Below, piece by piece: positions 26,501 through 39,564 of a stretch of 64,000 nucleotides of DNA (its first letter is position 1; each line of letters opens with the position of its first letter). The position numbers were made by a program, and so were the translations under genes. The notes below the pieces were generated by a model that made no database searches, was not told the DNA's origin, and saw nothing but the letters and a program-made list of their open reading frames with translations. Source of the DNA: Balanoglossus misakiensis (lineage: Eukaryota; Animalia; Hemichordata); contig CM082577.2 of the NCBI GenBank assembly GCA_040954595.2, positions 14,763,903 to 14,827,902 on the forward strand, in the 5' to 3' direction.

Positions 26501-26911
26501 TTTGTCATATATTCAAACCTTCCTTTTAAACCATCCTAAAGCCATTAAATTTCTCATTCCCCTGTAAAAATGCATTTAATTGATCAAAAATATGTATAGG
26601 AGAGCATTCCCAGTTATAACTGTCAAACTGGAATTGGAAAACCCAGATGTCTCGTAGTAATAATTCTTGGTGTTCACATTCTGGGCCGTTTAGATATTGG
26701 GCAGGGGTGTAATTGCCTTTGTGCATGAATTGATATTCTTAAAGAAAGTAAGTTTTGTCAGTTAATTTAACCTGAAAATCTATTTAAAAGGCTGGTAGGC
26801 AATGTGTGTATGATACTATAATGACTGTAATGGGCAAAAGTAAATAAACTTAAAACCAATATTATTTGTTATAGGTTTTCTACAGTTTATTTTTTTATCT
26901 TCTGTCATATT

Positions 26912-27363
26912 AGACCAGCCAAACGCACGGAACTGTACCATGTTAGAAACCAAGGTGCAAACTGTGCCCCCACATCAACACGGCCACTGTCATAAAAGGA
27001 CCCAATAATAACACCTACAGAATAATAGGATCTTTCACCTGTGACTCAACCAACCTCATTTATGCAATCACCTGCAAACAATGCCCACAAGCTGTATATA
27101 TAGGTCAAGCTAGACAGTCACTGCGGAAACGCGTAAACAACCACAGATTTGACATACAGAATGGTAACATACACAAACCTGTTAGTGAACATTTCAACAG
27201 ACCAGGACATTCCATAACTGACTTTACCGTGACAGCCCTAAAAAAAGCAAATTATAAAAAGAACCGTGATCGTGAAGTAGATGAACTGAAGCTAATTGAA
27301 CATTTTGACTGTGTGGATATGGGACTTAACCGGGACTATGGTTTTATGTCACACTACAAATAA
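26912..27363 (+). pseudogene. Penelope-like (Neptune-type) GIY-YIG endonuclease, 3' fragment
   Basis: My translation (not in the ORF track): PC*KPRCKLCPHI...SFTCDSTNLIYAITCKQCPQAVYIGQARQSLRKRVNNHRFDI...PVSEHFNRPGHS...GLNRD. Confidence 0.88.
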
Positions 27364-27528
27364 CTGTTAGTTTTCTGCAGTCCACCACCCCATTTACACA
27401 TTTGCATTCCTATTAACTTTTCTATTGTTCTATTTTCAAAATCAACTCTTCTTTTTTTTCCTGGGCACCTGGTCCTGCAAATATTTTCTAATTTGAATAC
27501 CCCATGATTCTCTGTTTATTCCACGAGT

Positions 27529-27569
27529 GCATCTGAAGAAGGGGACTACATGTTCCCGAAAGCTCATGC
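27529..27569 (+). ncRNA. Minimal type I hammerhead ribozyme of the Penelope-like element
   Basis: GCAT-CTGAAGA-AG-GGGA-ctacatgt-TCCC-GAAA-GCTC-ATGC: stem I GCAT/ATGC, CUGANGA core, stem II, GAAA, and a vestigial palindromic stem III. Confidence 0.7.
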
Positions 27570-27699
27570 GGTAATTTCAACTGTAATTTCAAAGAGTGGT
27601 ACAGAACTTTATTGCATATTGTACCGAAGATCAACACGGCAATATTCCGAATTGATAACAGAATAAGTAAGAAGAACATTATTCTCACCAAGATAACTG

Positions 27700-28275
27700 C
27701 AAACATCGAAAAAAGTTCAGAAGACGAAATGAACATACATAGTCCAAACAAAATAGTGACAACATTAGACACAAAGAGAATAGGAAATATGCTGGACGAC
27801 ATAAACAACCATGGGGATATTTTAATCAATGGTTTAGTAATTAAATTTCATAAAATCATTGGCTTGATGAACAATTCTTGGTTGGGTGACAGTTTAGTAA
27901 CATCTTATCTGACACTTGTAGTAGAAGTAAGCAACAAACAGAACTGATATGGGTCCAGGATGCTTGCTGGGCAAGGGCAAAATTATCACCTGGAACTTTC
28001 AGTTTACAGACACCATACAAAAATGTAAATTAGTTGGATTTTGATGTCATCTTTGTATCTTCAAATTTGCAGGGAATACACTGGATACTATTTGTCATAA
28101 AAATGCATGAAGGCAAATCCTTGCTATAGATCCATAAGGTCCCCTTAATACAAGTGGCATTAAATTATTAGAAAAACTGGTTAACTTCATTAAATTGACG
28201 CAGTTTCTAAAATACGGTGAAAAGGTAGATTTCAAAGAATGGAAAATAATGATTCACTCACAGTATTTGCAGAAC
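27700..28275 (+). pseudogene. Ulp1/SENP-like (C48) cysteine protease fragment
   Basis: NSWLGDSLVTSYL (WLxDxxI motif), then in a shifted frame FDVIFVSSNLQGIHWILFVI (catalytic HW); truncated by the repeat at 28276. Confidence 0.55.
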
Positions 28276-28553
28276 AATAAAACTCTGGCCGCGGATGTTC
28301 AGTTCGTTTATCGTTCCCATTACCCTACACACGCTCCTATTCTCTCTCTCCGCCATTTATATATTCGCTAGCCCTAGATTTTTTTTGGGTAGTATTTAGT
28401 TATAGAATAGTATTTAGTTATAGTATCACTATTAGTTTTTGTTAGTAATTATTTATAGTGTTAGTTCTTGTTAGTATTTAGTTAGAGTGTTAGTTCTTGT
28501 TAGTGTTAAGAGTGTTAGTTCTTGTTAGTGTTTAGAGTGTTAGTTCTTGTTAC
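28276..28553 (+). repeat. Interspersed repeat with TTAG-rich tandem tract (possible LINE 5' UTR), copy 1
   Basis: Near-identical to 63357-63720. Confidence 0.7.
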
Positions 28554-28624
28554 TGCCAAAAAATATAATGATGGCAACAGTTACAACATTATATGTAGCT
28601 ATATTATGTATATGTATATTATAT

Positions 28625-29125
28625 TAGGACTAAAAAAGATGCTAGTTGCAAGGGTGTTTGCCGCATGGGCGATGAAAATACCTGTACAGAAGACCAAACA
28701 GGAAATCCTGAAAGAGAAACGGAAGGAGTATTTAACTCTCTTGTCAACACCAACGGGCCAACTTCCGAATTCTCTTGCTTTCAAAGACGGGTGGGTGGGA
28801 GAATCAGAGGGTGGGATGAAGAAATGGCCTCCCGTGTATTTTAATGATATATGCCAGTTTGTCATGATTGACCACCCTGGAAGAAACATCGACTTGACAA
28901 AACGAATGTTAACTGAATACAAGGAGGGCAGAGCCTTCAGGTATTTTCAAGCAGAATGGATGAAGGAAATCTTTATTCTGGAAATTTCTGCTGACACCGA
29001 TTACGTGTTTCTACGTGCAAATTGTACAACGTCTCAGCGATTAGGTTGTCCACCACATAACTGCTGGGTTTGTGTCAAGAGGGATGGATCTGTTCACTCT
29101 GCATAATGTACATGTACTGTTGGGT
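28625..29125 (+). pseudogene. SWIM zinc-finger accessory protein fragment (ISL2EU/Kolobok-type second ORF)
   Basis: WPPVYFNDI, EYKEGRAFRYF, LRANCTTSQR, WVCVKRDGSVHSA*CTCTVG, then a GT donor. Confidence 0.6.
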
Positions 29126-29361
29126 AAGTTTTATTCGCATGCGCTAGTGGATTATAATGCAAATAAATATAAAAAAAGGCCTAAGCTTATAACCAATTTT
29201 CCAAATATATATATATATATATATCTGTGATGAAAATGGAGAAAGTACCCTATATTTTCTGTAAAATAGACATTTAATTGGCATGCCATCCTGCATAAAT
29301 TATTAAGTCTGTATATGCGCTGAAGCACTCACAGGGTGCGTTGCATGGTGTTCAACCTTAA

Positions 29362-31826
29362 AAATCTTCCAACCTGTTGGTATCGTGGAAGCCAGCACAG
29401 CTACGTGTTCAATCACGTTCGCCTTACCATGGATAGACAATCAGTTACTGACCAACGCGTTAGCCGAATTCCCTCATCCACCGGTATGCTACACTAACGA
29501 TTCTGTCTGCAGTATGTTCCTGCATGCACTTTCCTCTCTGGACGCCCGCACAACGAGTCAACTGAATTGAACGCTTTAGTATCCTACCAGACCAGTCACA
29601 TCAAACAAACCCCGTATGACGCTGGTAGATCATCCAGAAAAGCTCGTGATGCGTTACTTCCATTCATTGGGAAGATTTCGAAATCGCTATTCGGTACAGC
29701 AACGGTAAAAGACGTCGTAACTTCAGCTACCCATCTTGACGCTTTGAAGTCCGAAATGGTAAAACAGGCTGATGGAATGCTTCATTTCATGGAAGATATG
29801 AGTTCCATCATTAAGTTAAACAGCGAGCGCATTGACAATCTATGGGGACAATACAATGTTTCCCAGAAAACCATCAACGAACTTATCGTTGCCATTAGTG
29901 ACATCAAGGCGCACGTTAGAAAATCGGAAGAAGCAGATAAGCACTTCAAGTTGCGTACGGACCATTTCCATCAATACCTGTTCATGCTGTTGTCTTTGCA
30001 AGAACGCACCGAAACTCTTGAGTCGCTCTGCGCACAGGCAAAGTATCGACTGTTGAGTTTTCAATCTTTACTACGCGGCTACATCACCAAAGAATTGGTA
30101 CGTCCGGATGAAATATATGCAGCATTAAAGAAACTGACATTAACATTGACTGATAAGTATCCTGACTATAGAATATCACATGCCCACCCTAGTTATTATT
30201 ATAGGCAATCAGGTGCTATTTCGTTCAAGTCTGAAGATTTATTGTTAATCAAAATTGGTGTATCCATTAATCGTGTTCCTTCTCTTTATGATGTGTATCG
30301 TTTAATTTCTTTGCCAATACCTACTCCATCTACTGTTTGGAATGAACCTTGTAATTTCGAGTTGTCTCGTTCTGTAACTGTTCTTAACAATATTCCTGAT
30401 TTGGTTGCTATTCAACGTGAGGGAGACATATTTTTCCATATGACTAATGCTGATTTCTCTTTGTGTTCAGGTTTGTCGATTTTGATTTGCAGGACACCTT
30501 TTGCTATGTTCCGACCTGACTATCCCTCGTGTGCTAATGCATTGTTCCATGGTCGTCATGACGATGTCCTTCGGTTATGTAATCCACAACTAGTCATGCG
30601 TTCTCATGAAATGCCTGTGGCCAAGGTTATTCAAGGTTCGCAAGTGTTGTTACAAGGTCTTTCTGTCCTTTGGAATGTATCCTGTCCTTCAGAACCGCCG
30701 AAGACAATCTCAGGTTGTACATTTTGTATTATTACAGTTCCTTGTGGGTGTGTTGTTATGTCCGACTATTACTATGTCGATACCTTGGATATCGATTGTC
30801 AACCACATGAATTGGAATATGTACATAAGCTGAACTTCCCTTTTTTGTTGAGCCTGTATCGAATGACCTGATGTTGATGTCGTTGAAGGTCGATGGTCTC
30901 GTGCGTTGAACCGTGATAAAGAGATAAGGTTTGACCTCGACGCTCTGGCTGAAACGATGAGAAAACATTCACAGGTATTTGTTAATCCCATGCATCAGTA
31001 CGCCTATGAGACATCCCTGTTCGTGAATGCCCCGTGGATCAATCAAGTGTCTACGTTCGTACTCCCCGTGATGACCGTACTATCGATCATAACTTTCATT
31101 GTAGCGCTGTATGGTCTGATGCGTGTACAACGGTCATGGTCTAAGTTGATGTACCTCGGTTATATACCTGGAGCTAAGGCTGGTAATCGATATGTGATTC
31201 CATGGTCCCGTACGACCACACCGCCCGAGGAACCAACACGATCGTTAGCTGATGTAATTTCGGATAGTAATGTATCCGTATTTGGGATTAGTATTGGAAC
31301 GGTTGGTATGTGTATTTTGGCCCTTGTTGTATGTTATTGTTGTTATAGGTGTTATTGTAAGAGGTTCCGATGCAGGTCGTCTGGTTGCGCTAGAAATAAC
31401 ACTGAGGATTCTACTCCCCTAAGAGAGTCTCAAGGCGAAAGTCCGGTTGTTAGGGTTAACGTTGCTGTCCAGTGGGAACCTGATCTTGTGTCTGCGGGTT
31501 GTCAACATGCACCCGATACTGCAGATGTTGGTGTAGTTACCCAAAAAGTCACCTTCCAAGATGGCCCGCATCCGGTTCGCCCCTTTGTCTATAACCCTGT
31601 TCCTCCCGTCTCACTCCCATCTCTTGATATTGTCCTAGCAAGCTTATATATCAACACCGACAGGGATTTTCCTAACGTTTCCCCTCTTGGAGTTTCGACT
31701 GAGGCCCCTGATATTAATGATAGTCCTACCGAAGAATATCATGATGCTCTAGGATTATTACAAACGAGTAATGATGCCTCTCGATCTCCGACATATTGGC
31801 GACATTTTAAGGTTTTGATTGTATGA
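29362..31826 (+). pseudogene. env: Envelope (class I fusion) glycoprotein, baculovirus-F/errantivirus env-like, with two frame breaks
   Basis: Furin site RKAR followed by the fusion-peptide-like DALLPFIGKISKSLFGTAT, then a heptad region, a Cys-rich ectodomain and two TM segments. ORFs 29385, 29567 and 30906 abut. Confidence 0.8.
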
Positions 31827-32117
31827 TTATTAATAAATTACGTTGGAAACGTTTCAATTATAATTTCCCGTATGTTACTTTAGTAAATAGAAATTGTGTA
31901 TCTTAGATTTAGTATTCATATTATTTGGTATTTTATTTCGAAAAAAATATCACTATGTTAATCATTATTTACTCAAACTAACCATTTATTGTATTTTCTT
32001 TTAATTTTGAGTTATCTAGAGATAGTACGAGAATTTATTGGACATATTAATCTTGTAGATCATGGAAGTTCAACGTTTCACCGATCTTCACTCGGTCCAG
32101 CGAGGACGCTGGTTGTT

Positions 32118-32610
32118 AAAAGGGTGGAAGATTGTTAAGCCCTCATACATCCTCATTTTGACAGTTTTGTTTGGTTACATAATAAATACAATTATTGTGG
32201 TCCCTGTAACTAAAATTACAGCGTTCCTCACGGCGATGGCGTAGAAGTTTTATTACCTAGATACAGCAAATACTATGACGATATTATGATTTTATTACTT
32301 AGAGATGAACATCGTATGATCAAGCATAAGGCATTGAACTTTCTAATTTTAGATGATGACTCATTGTAAGAAAGCTGACTGATGAAATTTTGACTTTAAA
32401 TATGAGGAATTTACACTTTTGAATTGATTCAACTTGGAGGAGTCCTAAGTAGCGACTCGATCATTAAAGACTCAGTTGAATATTGGAACTTGAACACTTG
32501 GTGTCCGTCTTGGTTACTGAAAGTATAATACGATCCTGTGTGGTACCTTGACTGACTTTAGACTCTACGGACTGACTGTGAGTGAGAGTCTAGATTGAAG
32601 ACAGCGACAA
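32118..32610 (+). mobile_element. Polypurine tract and 5' part of the 3' LTR of the env-bearing LTR retrotransposon
   Basis: CGAGGACG...AAAAGGGTGGAAGA immediately precedes TGTTAAG at 32133. The LTR end was not identified because the pogo element interrupts it. Confidence 0.55.
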
Positions 32611-32611
32611 A

Positions 32612-34500
32612 TTAGGAGTCGGTGACACAAAAACTTGGCGAAAAGTATGGCATTGGAAAAACCACCGCTACAGACATCATAAAGAAGAAATCGCAGTACC
32701 TCCAGCAGTTTGAAGAAAATGCAGATGGTTCTAGACAACTATTAAACATATCAGCCAAGTTTGACGACATAAATGGTTTAGTTTGGAGATGGTTCCAGCA
32801 AGCCCGTGCTAAGATTATCCCTATGTCCGGTCCGATGTTACAGAAGGCGCTATCGATTGCTACTGAAATGGGCGTGTCAGAATTCAAAGCATTGAATGGG
32901 TGGTTGGAGAGCTGGCGAGGACGGTATTCGATCAAATCATTCGAAGTCAACGGGGAAAGTGCAGATGTCGATACATCGGTCGTAGATGATTTCATGAGCT
33001 GAGTTGACGAGATGTGTACAGGTTACAGTCCTGAGAACATTTTTAATACAGATGAGACTGGTGTTTACTTTCGAGCACTTCCTGATAAAACTTCAGTTCA
33101 CAAAGCCGATGAATGCAAAGGCGGCAAAGTGTCAAAAGAGAGACTTACTGTAATGTTTACCTGCAGTATGACAGGGGAGAAGTTGAAGCCGTTCGTCATC
33201 CGGCAAAGCCGCTAAACCCCACTGCTTTAAGAATATCGACGTCAAGACTCTTCCACTTTACTGGAATTCCAACAAGAAAGCGTGGATGACTGGTCATCTG
33301 TTTGAAGAGTATCTCCGTGAACTGAACAACCGCATGCGTCGTCAACGTCGTAAAATCCTGCTGTTCCTTGACAACGCCACTTCAAATACGCCAGACATCA
33401 GACTTTCGCACGTTACTCTCAAGTTCTTCCCAGCAAACGCAACATCCGTACTGCAGCCTTTGGATCAAGGCGTCATCCGTGCCTTCAAGGCCCGCTACAG
33501 AAAGAGACTTGTACGCAAAGATTGATGGTGTAGCCAGTGCTAGTGATGTAGCGAAGTCAGTCAACGTTCTCGACGCGATCCATTGGATCAACGGTTGGTG
33601 GAATGACACGAAAGCAGAAACGATCACCAAGTGTTTCCGTAAAGGTGGGTTCGACATGCCGATCGAGTCTGAGAACAACGACAACAACACCCGATGATGA
33701 AGCCACAGATGACGAAGTTCAATCTACACAGACATCAGAGTGTACCGTCGATGATTTCCTGAACATCGACAGCAACATCCCTACAGAAGAAACTTACACT
33801 GGCGAATGGGAGCAGCAGATTGTTCAGAATTTCCTCTCCGATAAAGAAAACCAGAATGAAGAAGAAGACGACAGTGAAGAAAAAGACGAAGATAAAGAAT
33901 GGAAAGAGAGCTAAAATCCTAATGACGGCAGTGATCTTACACACAGCAACGTCTTGGCCATGCTTGGCAAACTTCGCAACTTCGCTCTAAACAAGGAACC
34001 ATCGTACGTCACAGCAATCCAAGAACTACAGACTCTCACCGAACAGAAGATTGTCGAGAAGAAATTTTCCTTCAAGCAGTCATTGATCGCCACTTTTTTC
34101 AAGTCAGTATGAAAACACTATCTCCATGAACTTGTACATACGTACAGTATATTTGACACTCTTTGACGCCAAACAAAGTTCGTTATCTGCGTAGTCTTAC
34201 CAGTTTTCAGATCAGTCTCGTCAGGTTTTTAATATGAACATCTCTGCAATTCCCCTATTTTTTTGAGGAACTTTATTGTAATTCAATGTAAATACAGTAC
34301 AATGTTTTCACGTCAATATGTTTGAGAATAAATATGAGTGTACATATGTATATATGACAACTGTTCACTGAGTGTCGAGTATGTATGTGCATGTTCCTTT
34401 AGTTACATAGTGCCACGCCCACCCTGAACAAACCGACCCACTGTGAAAACCGACCGTAAATTGTGGTCCCAGTCACGGTCGATTTAGGCAGTTTTTACTG
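32612..34500 (+). mobile_element. pogo/Tigger transposon, 5'-truncated, with degenerate transposase (32612-34112)
   Basis: CENP-B-like HTH (WFQQAR...SGPML...NGWL), NTDETG, KERLT, LLFLDNA, LQPLDQGVI. The right TIR ends ...GGCAGTTTTTACTG at 34500, followed by TA. Confidence 0.9.
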
Positions 34501-35247
34501 TATTTAGATTTATACTTCGACGCAACAGGGAGTATAATTAAGAAGGTACCAGACCAGCACAGACCTCTGTTATATTCACCTGTTGTGAAGAATAAAGATC
34601 TTCCCCCAATATCTGTGGCTGATTATTTGTCTTGTGACCACACAATCCTTGCTATTTGCCACGATTTAATTAAGTTGTGTTGTGAGAGCAGGTGTGCTTC
34701 TACATAAACATCGAATAACCCTCTGGAAAGTGGAAACAGTAGCAGTGTATGTGTTTCACAGTCAAGAGCGAAAAATATCAAAGCATGCCTTGTATTTCTT
34801 TTGCTCAATATATTTCACTTGTCAGGTCACAATTTTCGTAAATGGCCCACTAACCCCATATACTCCGGGTACGTATGCCATCTGTATACAGTGCTTGAAG
34901 CTACGTACATGTGGTGTGTTTATATTATTTTTCAAAAATAATATTTCGAATAAAATTAACTTGTTCACATCTCTTATTTTACATATTTTACGTGTTTTTC
35001 TAATTTTTACCTTGTGCATGTTTAGTACAATCTGGATTCAAAGGTATTCTTACGATATAAATATTGACAGCCATTCCCTCTTCAACAGAAAAAAATGGTC
35101 AGAAAACAAAATGGTGTGCCTCAAAGAAAGGCATGTGGGCTATTTCTGCAATGCAATACGCTGAACTGGCAGTATGAACCACCAATTTGTCTACTTGGAA
35201 AGCAGCCCAGATGTGTCAACTCTCCAGAGAAGAGTCCAGGATGGTAT

Positions 35248-36370
35248 ATAGTCGGCTGAAAATACGGTTTCACCTCCAAAAAAATGCAACAAAAGGTTTC
35301 TCAACGGTTTTCTGTAGTATTGAATCTCCTTAATAACATATAAAAAGTCTACCAAAATCCGATGGCCGGAAATGTGTAATTTTTAAGCTTTTACCCAAGA
35401 TGGCCGACGCATACGTAATTTTCCATATTTTAGTATATTCTAATTTTCTTCTTTTTGAAATATATTGTATATCAATGACTTTTTAATACAATTATAGAGA
35501 AAAATTGGGTGTTCCTATGCAACTTTTTTCAATAAGATGGTCTAAAACTTTGTGAACAATGCTGAGTCAGCACTTTTCTGGCGCATTTCATTCTACAGCT
35601 TTCCTATGCTGTAAATATCTGAACAGATATCTCAAAATGAAGCATGATGACATATTATGTTCTTTTCATTATTTAATAACACTTCAAATAGAAAATGATA
35701 ATATTAAAACGGTGTTTTCTCATAATTATGCATACAATGGTATGGTATATGATAACCCATTGTCTGCTCGCACGGGTCATTGTTGGGAATGAGATCACTA
35801 AAAAGTGGTTGGAAAACCTATTTTAAGGATCTCATTCGAAGGGAAAGGCCTGGAAAAACTCATTACAGATGGGTTTACGATCAAATTAGCCCATGTCCAA
35901 ACCATCAACTGTGCTCCAGTTGTGTCGATAACTGGAAACCCTTCTCTCTAAAATTTACTGATTTACGAGGTCAGTATATGCTCCTCAGCTTTATTTGAAG
36001 TCAAAGAACTATTTTGGAAAGCCAACAAGCCCCAATTAACAAATCCAGAAGCTTAATTTTCAAAAAAGAATCAAACAAATGTGCCATAGATTCTATCCTA
36101 ACAGGTGATCACAATGTCATTAACGGTGGTCCCCGGTTTTATTACTTGCCATGGAAAAGTGTTGGCAATTATTACAATGGATAGTCATATACTAACTTTC
36201 CCATAAACCTTTATGATAAATCAACTGATCTAGGATGAACAATTAAGTATTTAAGGCAGGGGACTACTCAGATATAGTGCATGATTATCATATCCCATTG
36301 TCTTACAAGATGTACAATTTTGAGAAAACACCGTTTTAATATTGTCATTTTCTATTTGAAGTGTTATTGC
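35248..36370. mobile_element. Partial long-TIR element (Academ-like TAG terminus)
   Basis: TAGTCGGCTG at 35248; inverted repeat 35674-35722 / 36321-36368. Confidence 0.35.
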
Positions 36371-37626
36371 CATTTTTATGTTTTTTTACAAGTTCTCCAT
36401 TAATTAGTTGCTATTTACATTTTTACTTGAAATTGCATTTATTCTGCTTTCAACATCATTTCGGTATCTTAGTTAGATATTTACTTGTATGTAAGGTCAA
36501 TCAAATGTTATTTTGGCCCAATAGCATACTCCTTATGGTTTGTGTGTCTGGCCAAATTTCATAGTAATTGTTTGGTAGTTTGGAGATCACATTGAGCAGG
36601 AAACTTAGTTTTTGATAAACAACTAAGCACATACAGTTCTAGGCAACTTATTCTTATTTTTTCTGTCCTGCTTACCCACTCATCCTGCATTCCCTTCAAT
36701 GGGGTATAATAATTTACTGACAGAGGTATTATAGAACTATTTAGTAATATGAGTTGCAGTTTTAATTTTTTACTTTCCAAAAGTATATAAAATTGTCCTT
36801 TTCAAAGATATATATGTAAAATGTATGCACTTTACATTTGTAAAGATCTCTTGTTTTTTATGGGAATTTTACTACATCTATTACAAAACTGACACTCATA
36901 TTGGGTTTAGCATCCCTAGGTAATAGAATAATGATTATATACGTATAAATATGTTCATTTTATTTCTTCATTTTTTTTCAGAACATTCACACTGGCTGCC
37001 AGTGCATTTGATACACTGGGTAATTTACTCACGGATATAAGGAGAGGTTTTGGAGGTGGGTTATTCACTTTTAGGGTGAATAAAGCCTCCTTCAACCGGT
37101 ATTATTCACAGCTCGTTGATGAATTCCATGAAGAAGATGAACAGACACTTCACTACAGCAATGTAATTGGCCGACAAGATAGTACAAGTTATGTGGTAGT
37201 AGGCAAAAATGTAAGTATTCCAAACAAATTCAATATAAATATTGATAATTTCATGAATATATATATATATTACCTGCATTTTATCTTGAAACTTATATTC
37301 ACATCGTTCTGAATGAGAATGACATTATTAATCACTCAACTATTCATTTGCATGCTTCCTGAACTTGGTCTTAGTTACGAGTAGACTTTGCAATACTTTG
37401 TCAAAGGCGTTCTCTATGTATAAAAGCTTCAAACATTTCCGATTATGATGTGTGCATTGTCATTTTGTTCATGGGTTTTATTTTCACAACGTCAATAATG
37501 CAAAACTCATACTTTTTATTTTCTCCAACAGCATTTATGTCAACCACAGACACATAAACCCCATTTCATGTGAAACTAAACCGCTTGACTTCAATAGAAC
37601 CGATTGATTGGACAAGATTGCCTTTC

Positions 37627-39316
37627 CGGCAAAAGCAAGCTTAGGGTACCTATTTTTTATGGAACAGTGTTACCAGCCTACCTCTGCTTAATTTGTTGAT
37701 ATATGTTGTAAATTTTTGCAGTATTTTATCAATTTCAGTATGTTTCAAAACATAGATAACTTTTGGTTCATTTGACAAAGTCATTTTTTTTTATTTAAAA
37801 AAAATGGTCATAATTTTGCTGATTTTCTGCGTTACCGGTGGCCAAATTTAAATAGGGCCATAATGTAAACATTAATTCTGTCTTTGTAACCATTTGTTGG
37901 AACAATTTGTAGAGATATTTTATTTCCTACACCTTCATAGAATCTCTTAGGCACTACTGCATCATTGATGAGTGTTTTTTGTGACCTGTATTCTGTACTT
38001 GTTCTTAAGTACAGCTGTGTTACCAAATAAGGGTAAAAATGATGTTTACTGGGCTGTCATTCTGCAACAGAACCCTGTGGTAGTAATGCAACAACATTTT
38101 TAAATTATTAGTTTCATACCTTTGTTGTTGCACATGTATATGAGATACAGATACCCTGTTTAAAATTTGTACTGACATTCAAAAGATCAGCCCTGAGTGT
38201 CCGCAACATTTTGTCACGTCTGAGGTATGGGGTCCAGTATTTCAATACTCAGACCCTTCAAGTCATTCTGCTGTGTGGTGTCACCACTGAAGGAAGATGT
38301 ACTCAGACCAAAGCCCAAAAGGTGGGTGTGCTAATTTCTTTTTGGAAAAATGATGAAAATTATGCTTCCGCAACGTCACGTCCGTACTAGATTTGTGTCA
38401 CATCCGTAGTAGCCTTTGTGTCACATCCATAGCAGCCTAAATATATTGTGTCCTTTTACAGATGTAAAACTAAAATAATTGCTTTGCATGACTAAGAGGA
38501 ATAAAAATAATTCAAATCTCTTTCCTTTCATTTCAGGAAAAGCTGTGAGCCACAGACAACATATCAAATGTGTTTAGCAGAAAATGGTATTGTCAAAAAT
38601 TGATGACAGACCCATTGCAAAGTGACATCTATGAGTACCAGAAAAGGAAAGATGCAGAAAGAAAGAAGTTTATGAAGTTTAATGTTGACAAAATTCATTA
38701 TGCTACTTGTTTATTCCATCATCTGATGATAATTGTCACATCCGTAGTAGGTGTGACCGTGTTGAAATATCTTAAAAAACTGAGTTGTGTTAAATAAACT
38801 TCGTCTCAAACTCTTACTTCTGCTAACTTTATGAAGACTACTTGTATCTGTACCACATATATAGAATATGGGGCTTTATTATCACATTGTTGTTAAAATA
38901 TTGAAAGTGTATGACACGGTACCTGAATTTAAGCAATGCACGTTAACTGACATATGTTACATTTTCCTGTAGGAGTAAGATTTATGGTTTTTAACCATTG
39001 AAAACTGATTTACATCTTTCACTATGCTTTCTTTTTATCAAATGTGAAATGAAATGTAAATCTAACTTGTTCTTGTGTTCCTTTGTGAAAGTTTTTCTGT
39101 GAAAAAAATGAATGTCACGTCCGTAGTAGGTGTTTTGCATATCATAAAAGGACCGGCCGTATCACAATAATTATCCAGAAAGTTATCTTTTAACATATGT
39201 TTCCATAAACAGTAACAGTCCTACTTTCCTGACATGACATGAAATGAGACAAAATCAGACTTTTATTTTTTGATGAAAATGTCCACCAAATTGGTACCTT
39301 AAGCTTGCTTTTGCCG
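37627..39316. mobile_element. Non-autonomous Sola1-like element with 4-bp TSD
   Basis: TIRs CGGCAAAAGCAAGCTTAGGGTACC / GGTACCTTAAGCTTGCTTTTGCCG; TTTC on both sides; repeated internal TGTCAC(G/A)TCCGTA motifs. Confidence 0.75.
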
Positions 39317-39564
39317 TTTCACTTACGCTGTTCCCCCATCGATACAGCAGATAAAGTCACAAAATAACATTGATCAGCCAGTAAGTACACTAAAATAATA
39401 TACCAGTACATGATCTTACAACACCTAATACAGTAGGGAAAATTATCCAATTTGTTGATCTGATGTTCTCCTCAAGCCTCTAGAGGTTCCAACCTTTACA
39501 TCTTTTGTTCACACAAGACAATACTTCACAAATATTGCCTATCCTTTGACATCCTCACCATTAA

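Noticed and set aside
29560-30910. Programmed frameshifting in env
   Set aside because: No slippery heptamer was seen at either break; decay or sequencing indels are simpler explanations.
29226-34760. TGTGA (29226) and TCACA (34760) as ends of one LTR or element enclosing env and pogo
   Set aside because: No matching TSD (ATATC vs GTCAA) and no repeated LTR sequence. The stretch 34501-34760 could still be LTR-derived, but this is unproven.
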